NCBI GenBank assembly: GCA_965202585.1
Contig: OZ241832.1
Location: 56,916,001-56,980,000, forward strand
DNA length: 64,000 nucleotides
Direction: 5' to 3'
DNA from: Thalia democratica
Lineage: Eukaryota
Shown: positions 62,100 through 64,000 of the stretch, in pieces
How the letters are laid out: each line of letters opens with the position of its first letter
Numbering within the stretch: the first letter of the stretch is position 1
Translations under genes and position numbers: made by a program
The notes under the pieces: generated by a model
Told to the model about the DNA's origin: nothing
What the model saw: only the letters and a program-made list of their open reading frames with translations
Database searches by the model: none

Positions 62100-64000
62100 A
62101 AACATTATTAGTTTACAGCCATTCAAACGAACTTTCATAACACACTAGTTTTTTTTTACACAGTGTTTATGCTGTTTTGCATATATATTACTCAAATGTG
62201 GAAAGGCAAAAAATACACTAGCGCAATAGAGGTAAAATAAATAATGTTTGTCAGTCTAACTGAAAAATTTCAAAAATTAAAAAAAAAATATATATATACA
62301 CATAAACTTATTTTTTAGCTAAACCATGGAATTGGTTAATACAAAGTTTAAAACTAAACAAGTAGTCGTTAAACTAAAATTAAAAAAAAAAAACCTTTTG
62401 AATATTAAAAGAAAAAAACTAAAGTTAAGAACTTTGACTTTTTAAAATAAACTTTTAATAAAAGTCAACTTGACTTTTTATAACGTTTACAAAACAATAT
62501 TTTTAAACAAAATGGTAGCACTATTGTCTTTAAGTTCATTAGAATAAAAAACCACATAAAACAAAGCTTAAAGTTGCTCAGTCTGTGAATACAACCATTT
62601 GCGAAACTAATTTCAAACTTAAAAGTTATTAAATCAGTGATTTTTTAGCTTAAACTAGCAAAATCAGTTAAAAGCACGTTTATTCAACTGCCACTTTTTT
62701 TCCACATCTATGTTTAACCTTTTCATTCTACTTCGACGAAATCTGCAAATGATATTTTTTTTTTAAAGTTGGTTAATATTTTGTAATAAGGTACTCTTTA
62801 GAAGACTAGTGAGTAAAATATCGTTTTAAATAATGAATAAAAACCTACTAAAGACAGAAATTGTTTTTAAAATATATAATAAAATAGCTTAAGGTCAATA
62901 GAGTTTCTTATTAATAACTGTAAATTAAAACGTTATAACTGTTAATAAATTTAATGTATCATAATTTCTTTTAATGTATAGCAAAGCTAAAAAGTGAACT
63001 ATTCTCTTAAAGTTAAGTTTTAAACCTGAAACAAAAAAAAAATTGAATAATGAATATCATACAACTTACTTTCGTTTATAGATTTTCAACAAACGCAAAA
63101 CATTAAAAGCGTTCTTTTGAAAATCCTTTATTTAAGTTTCATTAACAGATTTTCAATATACAAAAAATTCAACATAGGTTAATAATTTGTAAATGTGTAT
63201 TGTTAAAGAGAATTAAAAGATATTTCTAGATAATAAATAAAAACCTATTAAGGTAACAAACAATTCTAACATATATAACAAAAAAAGCTTTATCTCGTTT
63301 AAAAATGTTTTACTTTTAACTGAAATTTAAACCAATAAAACTATTAGTAAGTTTAAATTTCTTATAATTTTTATTCAAATGTATAGTAAAGCTAACAAGA
63401 AAATTTTTTCTGTCAAGTTTAAACTTTCAAACTGACTTACAAAACATCTAATACTTTATAACAAAAGTAAAACAACTTGTTTCCAACAACAGATATTCAA
63501 CATTCAAAAAATTCAACTCACCACAGCCGACGAACACGATGTTCTCCAACGACACGTTTTCCGGGTATCCCCCGAACTCGGAACTGGCGAACTCGAGCAC
63601 GAAGGGAACTCCGTCATCGACCAGATTCAGCTCGACCTCCACCGTTCCGCTTCGTCGCCTTTTCCACAATATCTTCTTGTTCGACATTCGCTCGTTCGGT
63701 GTTCGGCCGTACTTCTGCTCCAAGCGGATCGTCACAACGCCACGAATCAGGTTCTGTGATTGGTTGGTTGTTTTGCTTTGGACTCTTTTTGAATATTACT
63801 TTACATTCAACTGAGGATTTCGTTTGGTTTATTTCAAACGAGTGAAACATTGTTTTTATAATAAAATTAAAAAATTGAGTTTTACTTTGGTATTTGAATT
63901 TTTCTTTAATGGTAATAACTGCCCAGTAGACTTTCTCCATATTACTCTAGTCTAGTGTGTTAAATAACTGCTATATTCTATAATACAATTTAATGTTAAA
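62100..64000 (-). repeat. Segmental duplication unit C (tandem to B, truncated by the window edge)
   Basis: 62100-64000 is a direct repeat of ~47450-49400 (offset ~14.6 kb). Confidence 0.9.
62723..63753 (-). CDS. Type II membrane MAM-like protein, copy C, last two exons only (rest beyond the window)
   Basis: Exon 63753-63522 (NLIRGVVTIR...LENIVFVGC) and terminal exon 62742-62723 (DFVEVE*), with the same splice phases as A and B. Confidence 0.82.

Noticed and set aside
63754-63810. Apparent premature stop suggesting copy C is a pseudogene
   Set aside because: The TAA lies in the intron under the preferred acceptor. The visible exons of C are intact.

Overview
This is very AT-rich eukaryotic DNA, most likely from an invertebrate animal: GT-AG introns, GC-rich coding islands, and no operons, rRNA, tRNA or CRISPR that I can see. 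Left part (1-16 kb): a dense patchwork of non-autonomous DNA-transposon derivatives. These include a 1.7-kb direct repeat, a tail-to-tail palindrome, a MITE with a 10-bp TSD, a 3-kb foldback element with an 8-bp TSD, and two TTAA-flanked elements. Two single-exon ORFs follow: THUMPD3 (tRNA m2G methyltransferase, 16715-17977) and a HAX1-like protein (18956-19990). Right part (28.8-64 kb): three paralogous ~14.5-kb units, each carrying an 8-exon gene that the ORF track only fragments. I reconstruct it as a ~568-aa type II membrane protein with MAM-like ectodomains. Copy A (+) and copy B (-) form a giant inverted repeat around a ~3.8-kb spacer. Copy C (-) is tandem to B and runs off the window. 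The most unusual items are: (i) two copies of a ~220-260-bp element containing a minimal type I hammerhead ribozyme fold (both with a G12A core change) and variable-length terminal inverted segments, (ii) a 1.74-kb composite hAT-type MITE insertion with cargo, supported by a perfect 8-bp TSD and the empty site in the paralogous arm, and (iii) paralog identity that covaries with GC content within exons. All identities and counts were estimated by eye. No database searches were run.
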